Source: a virus (lineage: Duplodnaviria; Caudoviricetes). Taken from it: 64,000 nt of DNA. The stretch's first letter is position 1; each line of letters starts with the position of its first letter. The notes beneath the pieces were generated by a model. It was given only the letters and a program-made list of their open reading frames with translations, was not told the DNA's origin and made no database searches. The position numbers and the translations under genes are program-made. This document shows positions 32,740 through 43,910 of the stretch, piece by piece. The stretch lies in IMG/VR virus record IMGVR_UViG_3300042691_031247. One strand, 5' to 3'.

Positions 32740-35700
32740 TTATGTGTTAAAGGGTGTTGTTGGGGGTGTGAAATTTGCGGTATAGGCAGCATAACCCTTA
32801 ATAATGCGCAGCTCGTCTATGTACATTTCGGATGTGAAACCGATGTTGTTGGGTTGCATGGCCCCAATCAGCAATCGGTACGGGCCTGCCTGCGGCGCAA
32901 CCGCGGACGAACCAACGCTCGTGCCGTTCACGTAAATCGTGACGGTGCCGTTCGCTCTTGCCGCCGCGACATGAACCCACTGCTCTCGCGGAACCACGCC
33001 GCCTATGGCGCATTGCTGTGTCCCTTCGTCCCACCTTAAGGCATCGTCAGATCCGATCCAAAAATGTAATCCGAAAGGAACATTGATGGCATTAGAAAGA
33101 TTCAAGACCGTAGCGTTGTCAATGGATGACGGACGCCAAACCCACGCTTCAAGCGTCCAATCCCCTTCGGACATGTCCTCGAAGTCCGAAAAATCTCCGC
33201 TGTCCAGATAGCCGTTGCCCAAAGACAACGAGGAGCCGCCGAACTTGCTCTGTGCGGTTGAAATAGCAGCACTACCGTTTGAGGCTACAGTCACCGCGTT
33301 CGGGCCGCTGTCGGTGAACGTCGTACTACCGTTAGCGCCGTCCATGTGAAGAAGCAGCGCCGGGGTCACACCAAACGGCAGCGACGGCGGAGTGAAATTA
33401 CCCGTATAAACCGCCGCGCCCTTCGTGATGCGGAGTTCGTCGATGTAGCCGTTAAACGCGTACGTGTCTGTGTGCGAGTAACCGCCGATCGTCGGCAAGT
33501 ATGTGAGATTGTTGAAATCAAAATCGCTATTTACAGGGTCTCCGCCAACACCGTCCAGATACAACCGCATGACGCCGTTGTGCCGACACAGCGCAAAGTG
33601 CTGCCAAGTATTATTCGATACGGCCGGTCCCCACACATATGTGCCGGGATTTGTCAGACCGTGATCGAGAAACAGATTGCCGTCAGAGATTTGCAACGCC
33701 AGATAGTTAAAACCGCTTTCGGTTTGGCTGTAAATTGTGGTGCCCGGGTCTGGAGCAGTAGGGTAAATCCAACCCTCGATTGTAAAATCTCCCGTACCAT
33801 ACGCGAACATTTCAGGATCTGTCGGTGTCACTTGAACGTTGTCGCCGTAACCCGTGAAATCGCCGCTTGCGCCGCCAAACTTGCTTTCCGTCGTGCTGAT
33901 GGCTGCGTTGCCGTTTGACGTTACCGTGTGCTCGTTCGCGCTGCTGTCGGTAAACGTAGTACTACCGTTCGCGCCATCCATGTGAAGAAGCAGCACTGTG
34001 TCGCCGGCCGGTACGGGTGAAAGCCCGGCGCCACTGTTATACAGCGCTGAAATTTCCGCGCCTGTAAGCGCGCGACTCCAAATACCGGCCTCGTCGATCG
34101 TACCGTAGAACGGCGAGTTCCAAAGACCTTCGCGGTACCCGACAGTCATCTTGGCGTACTGGCCGCCAACGTCAGAAAACGCAATTTCGCCCTTTTTCAC
34201 TCCGTCGACCCAGAGCGCGCTCGTATTGTTATCTTTGTCAATAACGAGCGTGACCATATGCCACTGCCCGTCGGTATAGTTATTGTTTGAAGAAATCCAC
34301 AGACCGTTCGAGGCGCCGCGAACATCTGCGTAAAGGCAGCCGGGGTTCTCTGGCGGCCAACCACCGTCAGCCCAACAAATAGTCCAGCCGTAATATGGGC
34401 CAACTTCGGGTGTGGTGCTCATCAGGTGCGGACGGCCGGTGACAGGGCCGTACGCGGCGTCAGTCTTAAACCATAGATTTACCGTGACCGAGTAATCGTT
34501 TCCGGCCGGGTTAAACGCGGAGTTGCTCGGATAATAGTAACCGCCGCCAGAACACACGAGGCCGCCGCTGATTTTGCCCGCGTCAAAACTCGACGAGCCT
34601 TCGGCGGTCAGGTCGTAGTTGTTGGCAGTAAAATCATTTGAGTTACCGTTGAGTGTCCAGTAACCCAACAGGCCGTCGAGCAGGTTGAATGGCGGCGGCG
34701 GCAAGCAGCGATTGATCAGACCACGCTCTAACGCAATTAGCGCAGCATCGCCGAGCGCGTGGTCAAAGATAACTATTTCTGCGATGTCGCCGCGAAGCGC
34801 TGACGCTTGAGTAAAATCGCCGCCAAAACCAAGTAAAAGTTCGGCGCCGGCTTTGTTTGCCAGCGACGAGAACGTTGCGGTTTCTTCGTCGACGCCATTG
34901 CGCCGAAACCGAACGTTACCGGCGCCGTCAATTACATAACTAAATACGGTCCACTCCATCGGGCAGTTGACGCTGTACGGCACGGACGTTCCGGTGTTGT
35001 ACAAATCAACGGCGTGCAAACCGGAGCCGGCGTTGTTCTGGTTATGGTGAAAAACCATGGCGTCGTTTTGCTGCCAGTCGAAACCGTTTGCAGGCTGGAA
35101 CGACAGTATGCGCTCAGGGCGAGACGTGCTGCAATCTTCTGGCGCCACCGTCTGGCCGACGACGACAAACCCAGAAGAGTTCTTGAGGTTGAACTGATAA
35201 CCCACGTCCAGCACGTTCGGGTCGCCACTGAAGCGCACGACGTTCTGCCCCTTTGGCCCTTCGCCGGCAGCCACAAACGGAGCCGGCGCGTAGTCAGCCG
35301 GAGTCGCGGTACGGCCGTTTCCGCTCTTGTCAGCCCACGTGACAATCGTGCCGTTAACCTCGCCGATGTCGCCGGTCGAATCGAGCCACAGATCACAACC
35401 AAGAACGTCAGTCGGTGTGACGTCGGAAACAGCCCTGAACGGTGCGGTAGGCGGTGTGAAGTCCGCGGTGTAAAGCGCGACGCCCCTGACGACACGAAAT
35501 TCGTCGACGTAGCCGGGGAAATACTGCCCGGCAAATCCTCCAGCGCCGATCGTGCAGTCTGAGTTAATTTCTAATAAAGGCGCACTGTAATCGAAATTAG
35601 AAACTAATACGCCGTTTATGAAAACTCGCCATGTCGCCATTTCTCGCGTTATTGCAACATGCTGCCACACATTTTCCAGTATTGATGCGTTATTGTTTTG

Positions 35701-38700
35701 AACTTCAGTGATATTCCAAGCATTTCCAGCCGAAGAAATTAACAGGCGCAGCTGACCGGAAAAAAGATCAATAACAAAACCGTAATTTCCTTCAAAATTA
35801 ATACGCTGCCCAAAAAGGCCCGCTGTGCCGGCTAAAGCTCCCGCTGTCGGATAGATCCAAAACTCTATTGTAAAATCGTCAGCGCCAAGCTGCCCAACTG
35901 TCGCCGGTGTACGCAACAATGACTGGCCGTCAAAATAAACGCTCGCCCCGCCGAACTTGCTCTGCGCCGTAGAGATAGCTGCACTACCATTTGCCGTTAC
36001 GGTCAGCGCGTTCACTGACGAATCCGTAAACGTCGTGCTGCCGTTTGCGCCATCAAAATGAAGGAGCAGGTCAGCGGTCGGCCCGGGAACAAACGGATTC
36101 GGGAACGGAACCGTGGGCGGCGTGAAGTTGGCGGTGTAGCGCGCGACGCCCTTCGTAATGCGAAGATCGTCGATATAACCGAACCATGTAGACCCGTTTC
36201 CGCCGAACGAGTGCCGCCCGATCGTCAACGGTTCGTTAGTGGTGCTTTCGATGACCGCCGAATCGTTCGCCGAAGCCTCCTGTACGCCGTTCACGAACAA
36301 ACGAATGACGCCCGCATTCCTAGAAACGGCGACGTGAGACCACTGATTCGGTTGAATCTGTGATGTGCTTGTTATGGATGAAGACCCGTTCCACCAAAAA
36401 CGAACGCGGTTGTCGCCGTAAACAAAACTAATCAAAAGCGGGTATGAACCATTTCCGTAGACGCCCACAATAGCCATTCCATCGGCAACAGAGGACGGGT
36501 TTACCCACGCCTCCATCGTGAAATCCCCGTCGAAAGAAAAGCCGTCGTTGTACGGGACAGACAAGTAAGAACCCGAAACCGACTGATAAAGACTTGCCCC
36601 GCCGAACTTGCTTTGCGCCGTTGAAATAGCGGCATTACCTTCCGCCGTCACGGTGTTCTGCAAGTACGAGTTGTCTGTAAACGTCGTGCTGCCGTCGGAT
36701 CCGTTCATGTGGAGTAGCAGCGTGACATATTCCGCGTACGGATCGCCCGTTGGTTGCGTAGACGGCGGGATGGCCGGATCAGGGAGCGCCTTGGTCGGCG
36801 GATTGAACTCGGCGATGTAACGCGCCACACCCTTCGTGATCCTGAAGTCGTCGATCAGGCCGTCGAGGTAGTAGTCATCTTCATTCGTCCAACGCCGGCC
36901 AATCACGGCGGTTGTCTGCGTGCCGCCGTCCAGATTGATATTTGTATTCGCGGTCGCAACTTCGGCGCCGTTGATGTACATCTTCAACACGCCGGAAGCG
37001 CGCACGAATGCGTAGTGCGCCCACGTGTTGTAGTACTCTGCGATGTTAGCCGACACGAATGTGAAATTATCCATGTCGTAGCAGAAGCCAAACATGTTGG
37101 TGTCGTCGCTGAAACCGATCAGATATGTGCCGGCCTCCTCTGCTGTCGACGCCGTGGAGAACACTGCAGAGTACTGCACGTAGCTTAGCTTGCCCCAGAA
37201 CTCGACGGTAAAGTCGCCGTCGTCGAACGCGAACTCAGGTGACATCGCGATTTCGCAGTGTCCGCCCGCAAACTCGCCGCTGGCGTTGCCGTACTTGATA
37301 TCTTCAAGATTCAGGTAGGCGCTGCCCGTCGCCGTGACCTCGTGGTTGTGTTTGGACGTGTCGATGAACGTCGTGATCGGGCCGGTCCCGCCACCACCAC
37401 CGCCGCCTGCGGGATCTGGAAAGGCCGCCGTGGGGGGCGTAAAGTTATCAGTGTAGCGCGCGACGCCTACCGTGAGCCGCAGGTCGTCCAGATAGTAGTT
37501 AGTTCCGTCAAAACTGTTGTCGTACTGCTGGCCGATCTGCACGGCATCGCGCTGTACCATAGGCGGAATGGCGACGCGCGAGAAAACGCGTACGCCGTCG
37601 ACGTACATTGAAAAGTTGTTCGTTTCAGCGTTGTTCACAAATGCCAGATGAGCCCAAGTGCCGGGCACGTACGGGGCGTGAGTGGGAATTGGCATCAGAT
37701 TTGAGTTGTCAGCCGGGTACAGGCTGGTGGAGTGGACAACATTATTTTCCGTTAAAATGCGCGGATAAATGCTTCCATCATCTACTATAAAATCTATCGT
37801 AAGACGGCTGGGGAACTGGTTGTTGTTAGTCGTCAAAATATTGAACGAGAGGTCGCAGCAGGTCGGCGCTGCGTTTACCCAACACTCCAACGTCCAACTG
37901 TCAGACGCCAAGTTGAAGTCGCACGGCACATCCAGATAATTGCCCGGCGTGTGAACAACCTGAAGACTTGCGCTACCAAACTTGCTTTCTGTCGTGCTGA
38001 TCTGGACGTCGTAATTCGGCGTTGCTGTTAACGCGTTAGTCGACGAGTCAGTAAAGACATCACTGCCGTCTGCACCATCAAAATGGAACAGCATAAAAAC
38101 GTTGTTGAAGTACGGATCGTCGCCCGGCGGCGGAATGAGCGTGATCGTCGGGTTTAAGAACGGCGCGGCCGGCGGATTGAAGTTCTCCGTGTACAGCGCT
38201 GTGCCTTTGATGATGCGGAGTTCGTCGATGTAGCCGCCGAACGAATTAACGGGTGCGCCGTTTAGGCTGGCACCAATTTGAATACTATTGTCAGGCGGAT
38301 TAAACGAAACGATACGATTTTCCGCAGAACCGATAACACCGTTGACAAAAATCTTGAAAGCGTTTCCAGCCCGTGTAAACGCTAAATGAGTCCACTGCCC
38401 CGGCGTAATTGTTTCGGAGGTAATTGGGAAAGCACCGTTGCCGCCGTCGGGGCCGAACCAAGCCCAAGAAATCCAGTTTCCGTTGCGCTCACCGACCGCA
38501 AAAAGTAAACCGCCACTACCCAAACCGGAGTGCGAACCAATTTCACACACGCACCCACTGTCAGGATTGCACGTGGTTGCGTCAATCCAAACCCACGCCT
38601 CAATCGTAAAATCCTCTGTGTCGAAATTGGTGTTTGCAGGAATTACTAGTTTGCTCGCGCTTTGCCCGTCAAAATATCCACTCGCCCCGCCGAACCTGCT

Positions 38701-41700
38701 TTGTGCCGTACTAATTACCACGGCGCCATTTGCCGTCACCGACAACTGATTCTTGCCGCTGTCCGTAAACGTCGTGCTGCCGTTTGCGCCGTCAAAGTGC
38801 AGGAGAAGATCGGGCGCCGGGTTAGTAGATGTCGAGAAGGGCGTCGTCGGCGGCGTGAAATTCGCCGTGTACAACGCTTGGCCCTTGACGATGCGGAGTT
38901 CGTCGAGATAACCGTCAATCGAAACGCCGTATTGCGCGCCATAGATCTGCGTAGACAGCAACGGATCACAAATTCGCATGCCATATGTTTGCTGCGTGAG
39001 GTAGTTCTGCGTCGACGTGCCGGTGCCCATCAGCACGCCGTTTTGGAAGAAATAAACAGTGCTACCTTGCCGAGTCACCGCCAGATGATGCCACTCGTTA
39101 GTCGTTAGGGCAATTGTGGCAGCAGCATCAAAAGGATTGCAGTTGCGCCCGAGACCAAATGTTGTGCCGTAATCGTTAATACCGACAAAGAGCGTGTTTA
39201 CTGGAGTACACCAATCGCCGCCGGGATCGTCGGGGTTACCGCCGCCCTGAATGACGCTAGAACCGAGCGCGAAAAGCGATAGCGGGTAATACCAGAACTC
39301 AATCGTGAAATCCCCTGTGCCGAGATCCAAATCAGGGCTGTAAGGAATCATTACGCTGCCGCCAGATTGCGGTTGGTACAGTGCTGCGCCACCAAACTTG
39401 CTGAACGCCGTGCTGATTTCTACGTCGCCCTCGTAAGTCAACGTTTGAGCTGGCTTGGCGTTGTTTTTAAACGTCGTGCTGCCATTTGCGCCATCAAAGT
39501 GCATGAGCAGTGACGCGTTAGTCGTCGGGGCAAACGACGCAGACGGAGGCGCAAAGTTGGCCGTGTACAGCGCGTAGCCTGTGACAATTCGCAGATCGTC
39601 GATGTAGCCGTTGAAGAATGCGCCAACACTTGAGCCGTCTTGCCGCCCGCCGATAGCGAGCGTGTCGGCAATCGTGTATGACGCCGTGTTGCTCAGCGTG
39701 TCGGCAACCAACGTACCGTCGACAAATAAACGCAGCGCAGCGCCCTGCCGTGTTACAGCGACGTGATACCACTGGTTGGCGTTGAAGGAGAACGCGCCAA
39801 GCAAATCCCACGAAAGACCGCTTTGACCAAAACCAATGCCGACAAAATTGGGATTGATTGCGAACATCCAATCCCCAGTCGTTCGCCCGCCAGCAATAGA
39901 CTGGTCAGCGCTGCCGTTGCTAGTGTAAACCCACGCTTCAATAGTGAAATCTAAGTTTCCAAAAGACAGCGCAGAATTCGCGGTTAGCTCTAAGTGACTG
40001 CTGCCGTCAAAAGAACCGCTTGATGTGCCGAACTTACTTTGCGCTGTAGAAATTGTGGGCGTACCAACAGGCGTCAACGCAAAGTTGTTCGCCGACAAAT
40101 CAGTAAAAGCTGCGCTGCCGTTTGCGCCTTCAAAAGGCAACAGAAGTGACGCGTTTAGTGGCGGATGCGGAAATGCTGGTGGCGTGAAGTCGGCGGTGTA
40201 GAGGGCCGCGCCTTTGACGATGCGGAGTTCGTCTATGTAGCCGTCGAATGAATTGTGACGCGAGGATCCGTTTTCAAACAGAGTTCCAACGGCTACAGTG
40301 TCTCCGACAATCAGATTGATGCCCGAATTGGCTTCGTAGTCGATAACTCCGTTCAAGAAAACCCTAATCTGACCGGCAGATCTGGCAACAGCCACATGAA
40401 CCCACGCATCGCGAGGCACTGGCGTGGGGCACTGCATTATCAATGACCAAGTGAATGGCGTTGTGCTTTCAGCAAGGAACCACAATGTAGTTGGGTTCAA
40501 TCCAAACGCCCATTTCGCAAATGGGCTTGCAGAGCCGGCCTCGTCATATGACGATACAACCCATCGTGGAGCATCGCCGTTGTTTGGGACATAAATCCAC
40601 GCCTCAATCGTAAAATCTTCGGTGCCGAAGGCAAAGTTGTTGCTGCCATCCAGTGAAACCCAATCATTTTCACTATTATCAAGCAACAGGCTGCTTCCGC
40701 CGAACTTGCTTTGTGTAGTGCTGATCTGCGCGGCGCCATGAACCGTCACAGTCAGCCCGTTCTCGCCACTGTCCGTGAACGTCGTGCTGCCGTTCGCGCC
40801 GTCGAAGTGAAGAAGCAACACAGTCTCGCCCGCAGGCGGCATCGTGACGACTTTGGTGTAGCCGAGCGGAAACGATGCTGTCGGCGGCGTGAAGTTGGCG
40901 GTGTAGCGGGCGAGACCTTTCGTGATGCGTAGGTCGTCGATGTAGCCGTTCATGTACGACGCAAAAGCGCCGCCGGCACCGCCGTCAAAACCTATAGCCG
41001 TTACGCCGGTATAAGCTGCTAACGAGCCGCCATAAGAAAATGACAAAATTTGTACACCATCAATAAACAACGTAAAAGTATTGCCGGCGCGTGTTGCCGC
41101 AACATGATACCACTGCCCGATTGAATATGTGCCCGCCAGAGTTGTATTAATCCAACCAGAGCCGGCATCGCACAATAACCGAAACGCGCTAGCTGAAGGA
41201 TAGGCAGACACGCGCACCTGAGCCCCGCCTACGTTATCTGTTCCGACAGCAAACAGCGTATGATCACCGCTGTCGTCTTCCGCTCTCCACCATGTTTCCA
41301 CAGTCCAGTCGCCGTCTTTAAGATCCAGCACTGACGTGTATTCAAGTGTGGCTGTGCCGCCTGAAAAATAACCGCTCGCACCTCCGAACTTGCTCTGCGC
41401 GGTACTGATCACAGCATCACCTTCCACCGTCACCGTCAGCGCGTTAGGACTGCTGTCGGTAAACGTCGTGCTGCCGTTCGCGCCATCCATCTTGAGGAGC
41501 AGCGAGACCTTGTCGAAGTCGGGGTCGAGGAGCGACTGGCCGGCTTGATCAGGAAACTCGGCTGTCGGTGGCGTGAAGTTTGCTGTGTAGCGCGCGACGC
41601 CTTTGGTGATGCGGAGGTCGTCGATGTAGCCGTTGAAGCCCGCGTCTAAAGACCCGTTTGAACCGCAGTATCTGCCGCCGATAGTAATGTCAGTGACGCC

Positions 41701-43896
41701 AACCAGCGGATTTATGGGAACACTGGATTCCGCCGTCGCCCCAATTTGAACCCCGTTCCAGAAGCAGCGAACAGAGTTTCCTTCGCGTGTCACGGCTAAA
41801 TGCGTCCATTTATTCGTCACATCGGCGTCCGGTACCGGGAAAAGTCCGTTCAAGTGACCCGGACCGTAGCCTATGCCCGGGCCGTCACCAAAAAACACGC
41901 GTACATTCCGGCCGGGAAACGCGCCGTCGAGATCTAGGGCAATTTCATAGCCGAATTGCGGCGTGCTGCAAATTTGATGCGCGAATAAACTTTTGTAACC
42001 GCTGTTAGCGAGCGGATACAACCACATTTCAACAGTCCAGTTTGTTGCGGCGAGCGTAAGATTTTCGGGTATTGTAGTCAGACAAGAACTGCCGTCGAAG
42101 TACCCACTTGCACCGCCAAACTTACTCTGCGTCGTACTGATTTCTGGATTGCCGTTTGCCGTAACAGTCAGCCCGCCCGCCGACGAATCCGTAAAGCCCG
42201 GGCCGTTCATGTGAAGAAGCAGCGACACGTCGTTGAAATACGGGTCACCATTACCACCATCAGTGCCGACCACTGCGTTCGCGGGTTTGTCCATATGGAG
42301 CAAGAGCGAGACGTTGTCGCCGTACAGATCGGCCGTAAAGTCTTCCTTGCCGAGTTCGTAGTTGTAGAGCATCTGGACGTCCTGCAACGACAAGACGCGA
42401 TCCCAGATACCTAGCTGGTCTACCACACACGCAAGGTCGTTCTGCGTCGCCGTCTGGTCGCCAATACCGACGCGCAGCGGAATGTTTCCCGCACTGAACG
42501 ACCCGAGCGTGGCGACCTGCGCGGCCTGTAAACCGTTGAGATACAACGTAAGCGTGTTGGCGGTGGCGCTGTATACCAGCACAACGTGATGCCAGAGGTT
42601 GGCTTCTAGATCCGGCACGACAACGGTGTAAATATCGTCGTCTGTGGCGATACGACCAAACACGGCGTTGGTGTCAGACCCGTCGTCGCCGAAGCCAAGT
42701 TCGACCTGCCCGGAAGCGTTGCCGGCTGCCCAGTTCTGCACGAGCACAGACCGGCCCCCAGCCATGGACGCTGCTTTAAACCACGCCGAGATAGCGAACG
42801 AACCGTCGAGCGCAAAATCGCTGGGCGCCTGTAGGTAGTTGTTTCCGCCAGTAAACTCCGCGGCGTTTTCAATGACACCCGAGTCAAAACCAACGGTGCC
42901 GGTCTGGGTCAGCGGGACTTCTGCGTCAGTGATATCTAAACGATTGCCGCTTTCTTCGTTCAGCGGCCAGAACGCTTTCATGCCCTCACGCAGCGGATGC
43001 ACAGCGCTTACAACAGACCAGCGCTCCATCATGTAATTTTCCGCGTCCAACAAATCAGCCGCGGACAAGACGCTGTCGTACAAGACAATCTCTGCAATGT
43101 CGCCGCTGTAGTTGTCATCGGCAAAGTCACTGCGCGAGCCGCCGAGCGAAAGGTGCGTCATCGGCGGGACGGTAAACCCCTCGACTGACACCGTGTTTAA
43201 ACCATTTAACCGCGTAGACAAACCGGCCAGACTAAACTGCAATGTGTAGACAACCGGTACAAGATTATCGACTGCCTGTGTTGCGCTATATTCACCGTCA
43301 AAAAATACGCCAAACTCTCCGCCTGTTTCTGTACCGCACAACACAAGCTCTGTGTTGTTGTTAGCCGTATATGCCGCAATAACTTTACCGTCGGCGCTCG
43401 CGCCGCGGCGGCGTAGCGCAACGAGCAGCGTAAACTCCTCGGGCAGGTCCAGCTTGCCGATCATCGCGTCGTTCTCGCCGTCGAACGTCACGACATCTTG
43501 ATTTGCAAGTTGATTGGCGACAGACGGGCGATTCACTTTGTTAGATTGCACAAACTTTGCGTCAGAGTCGGAAGCGTCCTCCCACAGCGACACGCGGTTG
43601 GCAACGCGATGTACGTAGTCCGCATTGTCGGCGTCGAGCCACAGCTTCAGGCCGGGTAACGTAGGTGGACTGAACGTACCGGGTACGGCCGGAATGGCGC
43701 CGGCAGTGAATTCGCCGCCGTCAACAACTTCCAGCGCAGGATTCGAATATGGTAGGTCGCGCCACGGAGTTACACCGTTGCCGTACTTCACCTTATTTGT
43801 GTCAATCTCAAGACCCGGCTCGCCGCGGAGCAGAACGGGGTTGAGAGCGTACAGAGCCGCAGCAGTACCGCGCTTAAATTGAATATTTGATGGCAT
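32740..43896 (-). CDS. giant (3718 aa) fibre/adhesin with Mtd-N-like anchor and about 16 LamG/ConA-like modules
   Basis: IQFKRGT...GEPGLEIDTNKVKYGNG; repeated LLLHxDG...SKFGG...FTIEAW...IDxLRITKG. Confidence 0.9.
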   Translation of the reverse strand: MPSNIQFKRGTAAALYALNPVLLRGEPGLEIDTNKVKYGNGVTPWRDLPYSNPALEVVDGGEFTAGAIPAVPGTFSPPTLPGLKLWLDADNADYVHRVANRVSLWEDASDSDAKFVQSNKVNRPSVANQLANQDVVTFDGENDAMIGKLDLPEEFTLLVALRRRGASADGKVIAAYTANNNTELVLCGTETGGEFGVFFDGEYSATQAVDNLVPVVYTLQFSLAGLSTRLNGLNTVSVEGFTVPPMTHLSLGGSRSDFADDNYSGDIAEIVLYDSVLSAADLLDAENYMMERWSVVSAVHPLREGMKAFWPLNEESGNRLDITDAEVPLTQTGTVGFDSGVIENAAEFTGGNNYLQAPSDFALDGSFAISAWFKAASMAGGRSVLVQNWAAGNASGQVELGFGDDGSDTNAVFGRIATDDDIYTVVVPDLEANLWHHVVLVYSATANTLTLYLNGLQAAQVATLGSFSAGNIPLRVGIGDQTATQNDLACVVDQLGIWDRVLSLQDVQMLYNYELGKEDFTADLYGDNVSLLLHMDKPANAVVGTDGGNGDPYFNDVSLLLHMNGPGFTDSSAGGLTVTANGNPEISTTQSKFGGASGYFDGSSCLTTIPENLTLAATNWTVEMWLYPLANSGYKSLFAHQICSTPQFGYEIALDLDGAFPGRNVRVFFGDGPGIGYGPGHLNGLFPVPDADVTNKWTHLAVTREGNSVRCFWNGVQIGATAESSVPINPLVGVTDITIGGRYCGSNGSLDAGFNGYIDDLRITKGVARYTANFTPPTAEFPDQAGQSLLDPDFDKVSLLLKMDGANGSTTFTDSSPNALTVTVEGDAVISTAQSKFGGASGYFSGGTATLEYTSVLDLKDGDWTVETWWRAEDDSGDHTLFAVGTDNVGGAQVRVSAYPSASAFRLLCDAGSGWINTTLAGTYSIGQWYHVAATRAGNTFTLFIDGVQILSFSYGGSLAAYTGVTAIGFDGGAGGAFASYMNGYIDDLRITKGLARYTANFTPPTASFPLGYTKVVTMPPAGETVLLLHFDGANGSTTFTDSGENGLTVTVHGAAQISTTQSKFGGSSLLLDNSENDWVSLDGSNNFAFGTEDFTIEAWIYVPNNGDAPRWVVSSYDEAGSASPFAKWAFGLNPTTLWFLAESTTPFTWSLIMQCPTPVPRDAWVHVAVARSAGQIRVFLNGVIDYEANSGINLIVGDTVAVGTLFENGSSRHNSFDGYIDELRIVKGAALYTADFTPPAFPHPPLNASLLLPFEGANGSAAFTDLSANNFALTPVGTPTISTAQSKFGTSSGSFDGSSHLELTANSALSFGNLDFTIEAWVYTSNGSADQSIAGGRTTGDWMFAINPNFVGIGFGQSGLSWDLLGAFSFNANQWYHVAVTRQGAALRLFVDGTLVADTLSNTASYTIADTLAIGGRQDGSSVGAFFNGYIDDLRIVTGYALYTANFAPPSASFAPTTNASLLMHFDGANGSTTFKNNAKPAQTLTYEGDVEISTAFSKFGGAALYQPQSGGSVMIPYSPDLDLGTGDFTIEFWYYPLSLFALGSSVIQGGGNPDDPGGDWCTPVNTLFVGINDYGTTFGLGRNCNPFDAAATIALTTNEWHHLAVTRQGSTVYFFQNGVLMGTGTSTQNYLTQQTYGMRICDPLLSTQIYGAQYGVSIDGYLDELRIVKGQALYTANFTPPTTPFSTSTNPAPDLLLHFDGANGSTTFTDSGKNQLSVTANGAVVISTAQSRFGGASGYFDGQSASKLVIPANTNFDTEDFTIEAWVWIDATTCNPDSGCVCEIGSHSGLGSGGLLFAVGERNGNWISWAWFGPDGGNGAFPITSETITPGQWTHLAFTRAGNAFKIFVNGVIGSAENRIVSFNPPDNSIQIGASLNGAPVNSFGGYIDELRIIKGTALYTENFNPPAAPFLNPTITLIPPPGDDPYFNNVFMLFHFDGADGSDVFTDSSTNALTATPNYDVQISTTESKFGSASLQVVHTPGNYLDVPCDFNLASDSWTLECWVNAAPTCCDLSFNILTTNNNQFPSRLTIDFIVDDGSIYPRILTENNVVHSTSLYPADNSNLMPIPTHAPYVPGTWAHLAFVNNAETNNFSMYVDGVRVFSRVAIPPMVQRDAVQIGQQYDNSFDGTNYYLDDLRLTVGVARYTDNFTPPTAAFPDPAGGGGGGGTGPITTFIDTSKHNHEVTATGSAYLNLEDIKYGNASGEFAGGHCEIAMSPEFAFDDGDFTVEFWGKLSYVQYSAVFSTASTAEEAGTYLIGFSDDTNMFGFCYDMDNFTFVSANIAEYYNTWAHYAFVRASGVLKMYINGAEVATANTNINLDGGTQTTAVIGRRWTNEDDYYLDGLIDDFRITKGVARYIAEFNPPTKALPDPAIPPSTQPTGDPYAEYVTLLLHMNGSDGSTTFTDNSYLQNTVTAEGNAAISTAQSKFGGASLYQSVSGSYLSVPYNDGFSFDGDFTMEAWVNPSSVADGMAIVGVYGNGSYPLLISFVYGDNRVRFWWNGSSSITSTSQIQPNQWSHVAVSRNAGVIRLFVNGVQEASANDSAVIESTTNEPLTIGRHSFGGNGSTWFGYIDDLRITKGVARYTANFTPPTVPFPNPFVPGPTADLLLHFDGANGSTTFTDSSVNALTVTANGSAAISTAQSKFGGASVYFDGQSLLRTPATVGQLGADDFTIEFWIYPTAGALAGTAGLFGQRINFEGNYGFVIDLFSGQLRLLISSAGNAWNITEVQNNNASILENVWQHVAITREMATWRVFINGVLVSNFDYSAPLLEINSDCTIGAGGFAGQYFPGYVDEFRVVRGVALYTADFTPPTAPFRAVSDVTPTDVLGCDLWLDSTGDIGEVNGTIVTWADKSGNGRTATPADYAPAPFVAAGEGPKGQNVVRFSGDPNVLDVGYQFNLKNSSGFVVVGQTVAPEDCSTSRPERILSFQPANGFDWQQNDAMVFHHNQNNAGSGLHAVDLYNTGTSVPYSVNCPMEWTVFSYVIDGAGNVRFRRNGVDEETATFSSLANKAGAELLLGFGGDFTQASALRGDIAEIVIFDHALGDAALIALERGLINRCLPPPPFNLLDGLLGYWTLNGNSNDFTANNYDLTAEGSSSFDAGKISGGLVCSGGGYYYPSNSAFNPAGNDYSVTVNLWFKTDAAYGPVTGRPHLMSTTPEVGPYYGWTICWADGGWPPENPGCLYADVRGASNGLWISSNNNYTDGQWHMVTLVIDKDNNTSALWVDGVKKGEIAFSDVGGQYAKMTVGYREGLWNSPFYGTIDEAGIWSRALTGAEISALYNSGAGLSPVPAGDTVLLLHMDGANGSTTFTDSSANEHTVTSNGNAAISTTESKFGGASGDFTGYGDNVQVTPTDPEMFAYGTGDFTIEGWIYPTAPDPGTTIYSQTESGFNYLALQISDGNLFLDHGLTNPGTYVWGPAVSNNTWQHFALCRHNGVMRLYLDGVGGDPVNSDFDFNNLTYLPTIGGYSHTDTYAFNGYIDELRITKGAAVYTGNFTPPSLPFGVTPALLLHMDGANGSTTFTDSGPNAVTVASNGSAAISTAQSKFGGSSLSLGNGYLDSGDFSDFEDMSEGDWTLEAWVWRPSSIDNATVLNLSNAINVPFGLHFWIGSDDALRWDEGTQQCAIGGVVPREQWVHVAAARANGTVTIYVNGTSVGSSAVAPQAGPYRLLIGAMQPNNIGFTSEMYIDELRIIKGYAAYTANFTPPTTPFNT

Positions 43897-43910
43897 GATG
43901 TGCTACTGAG

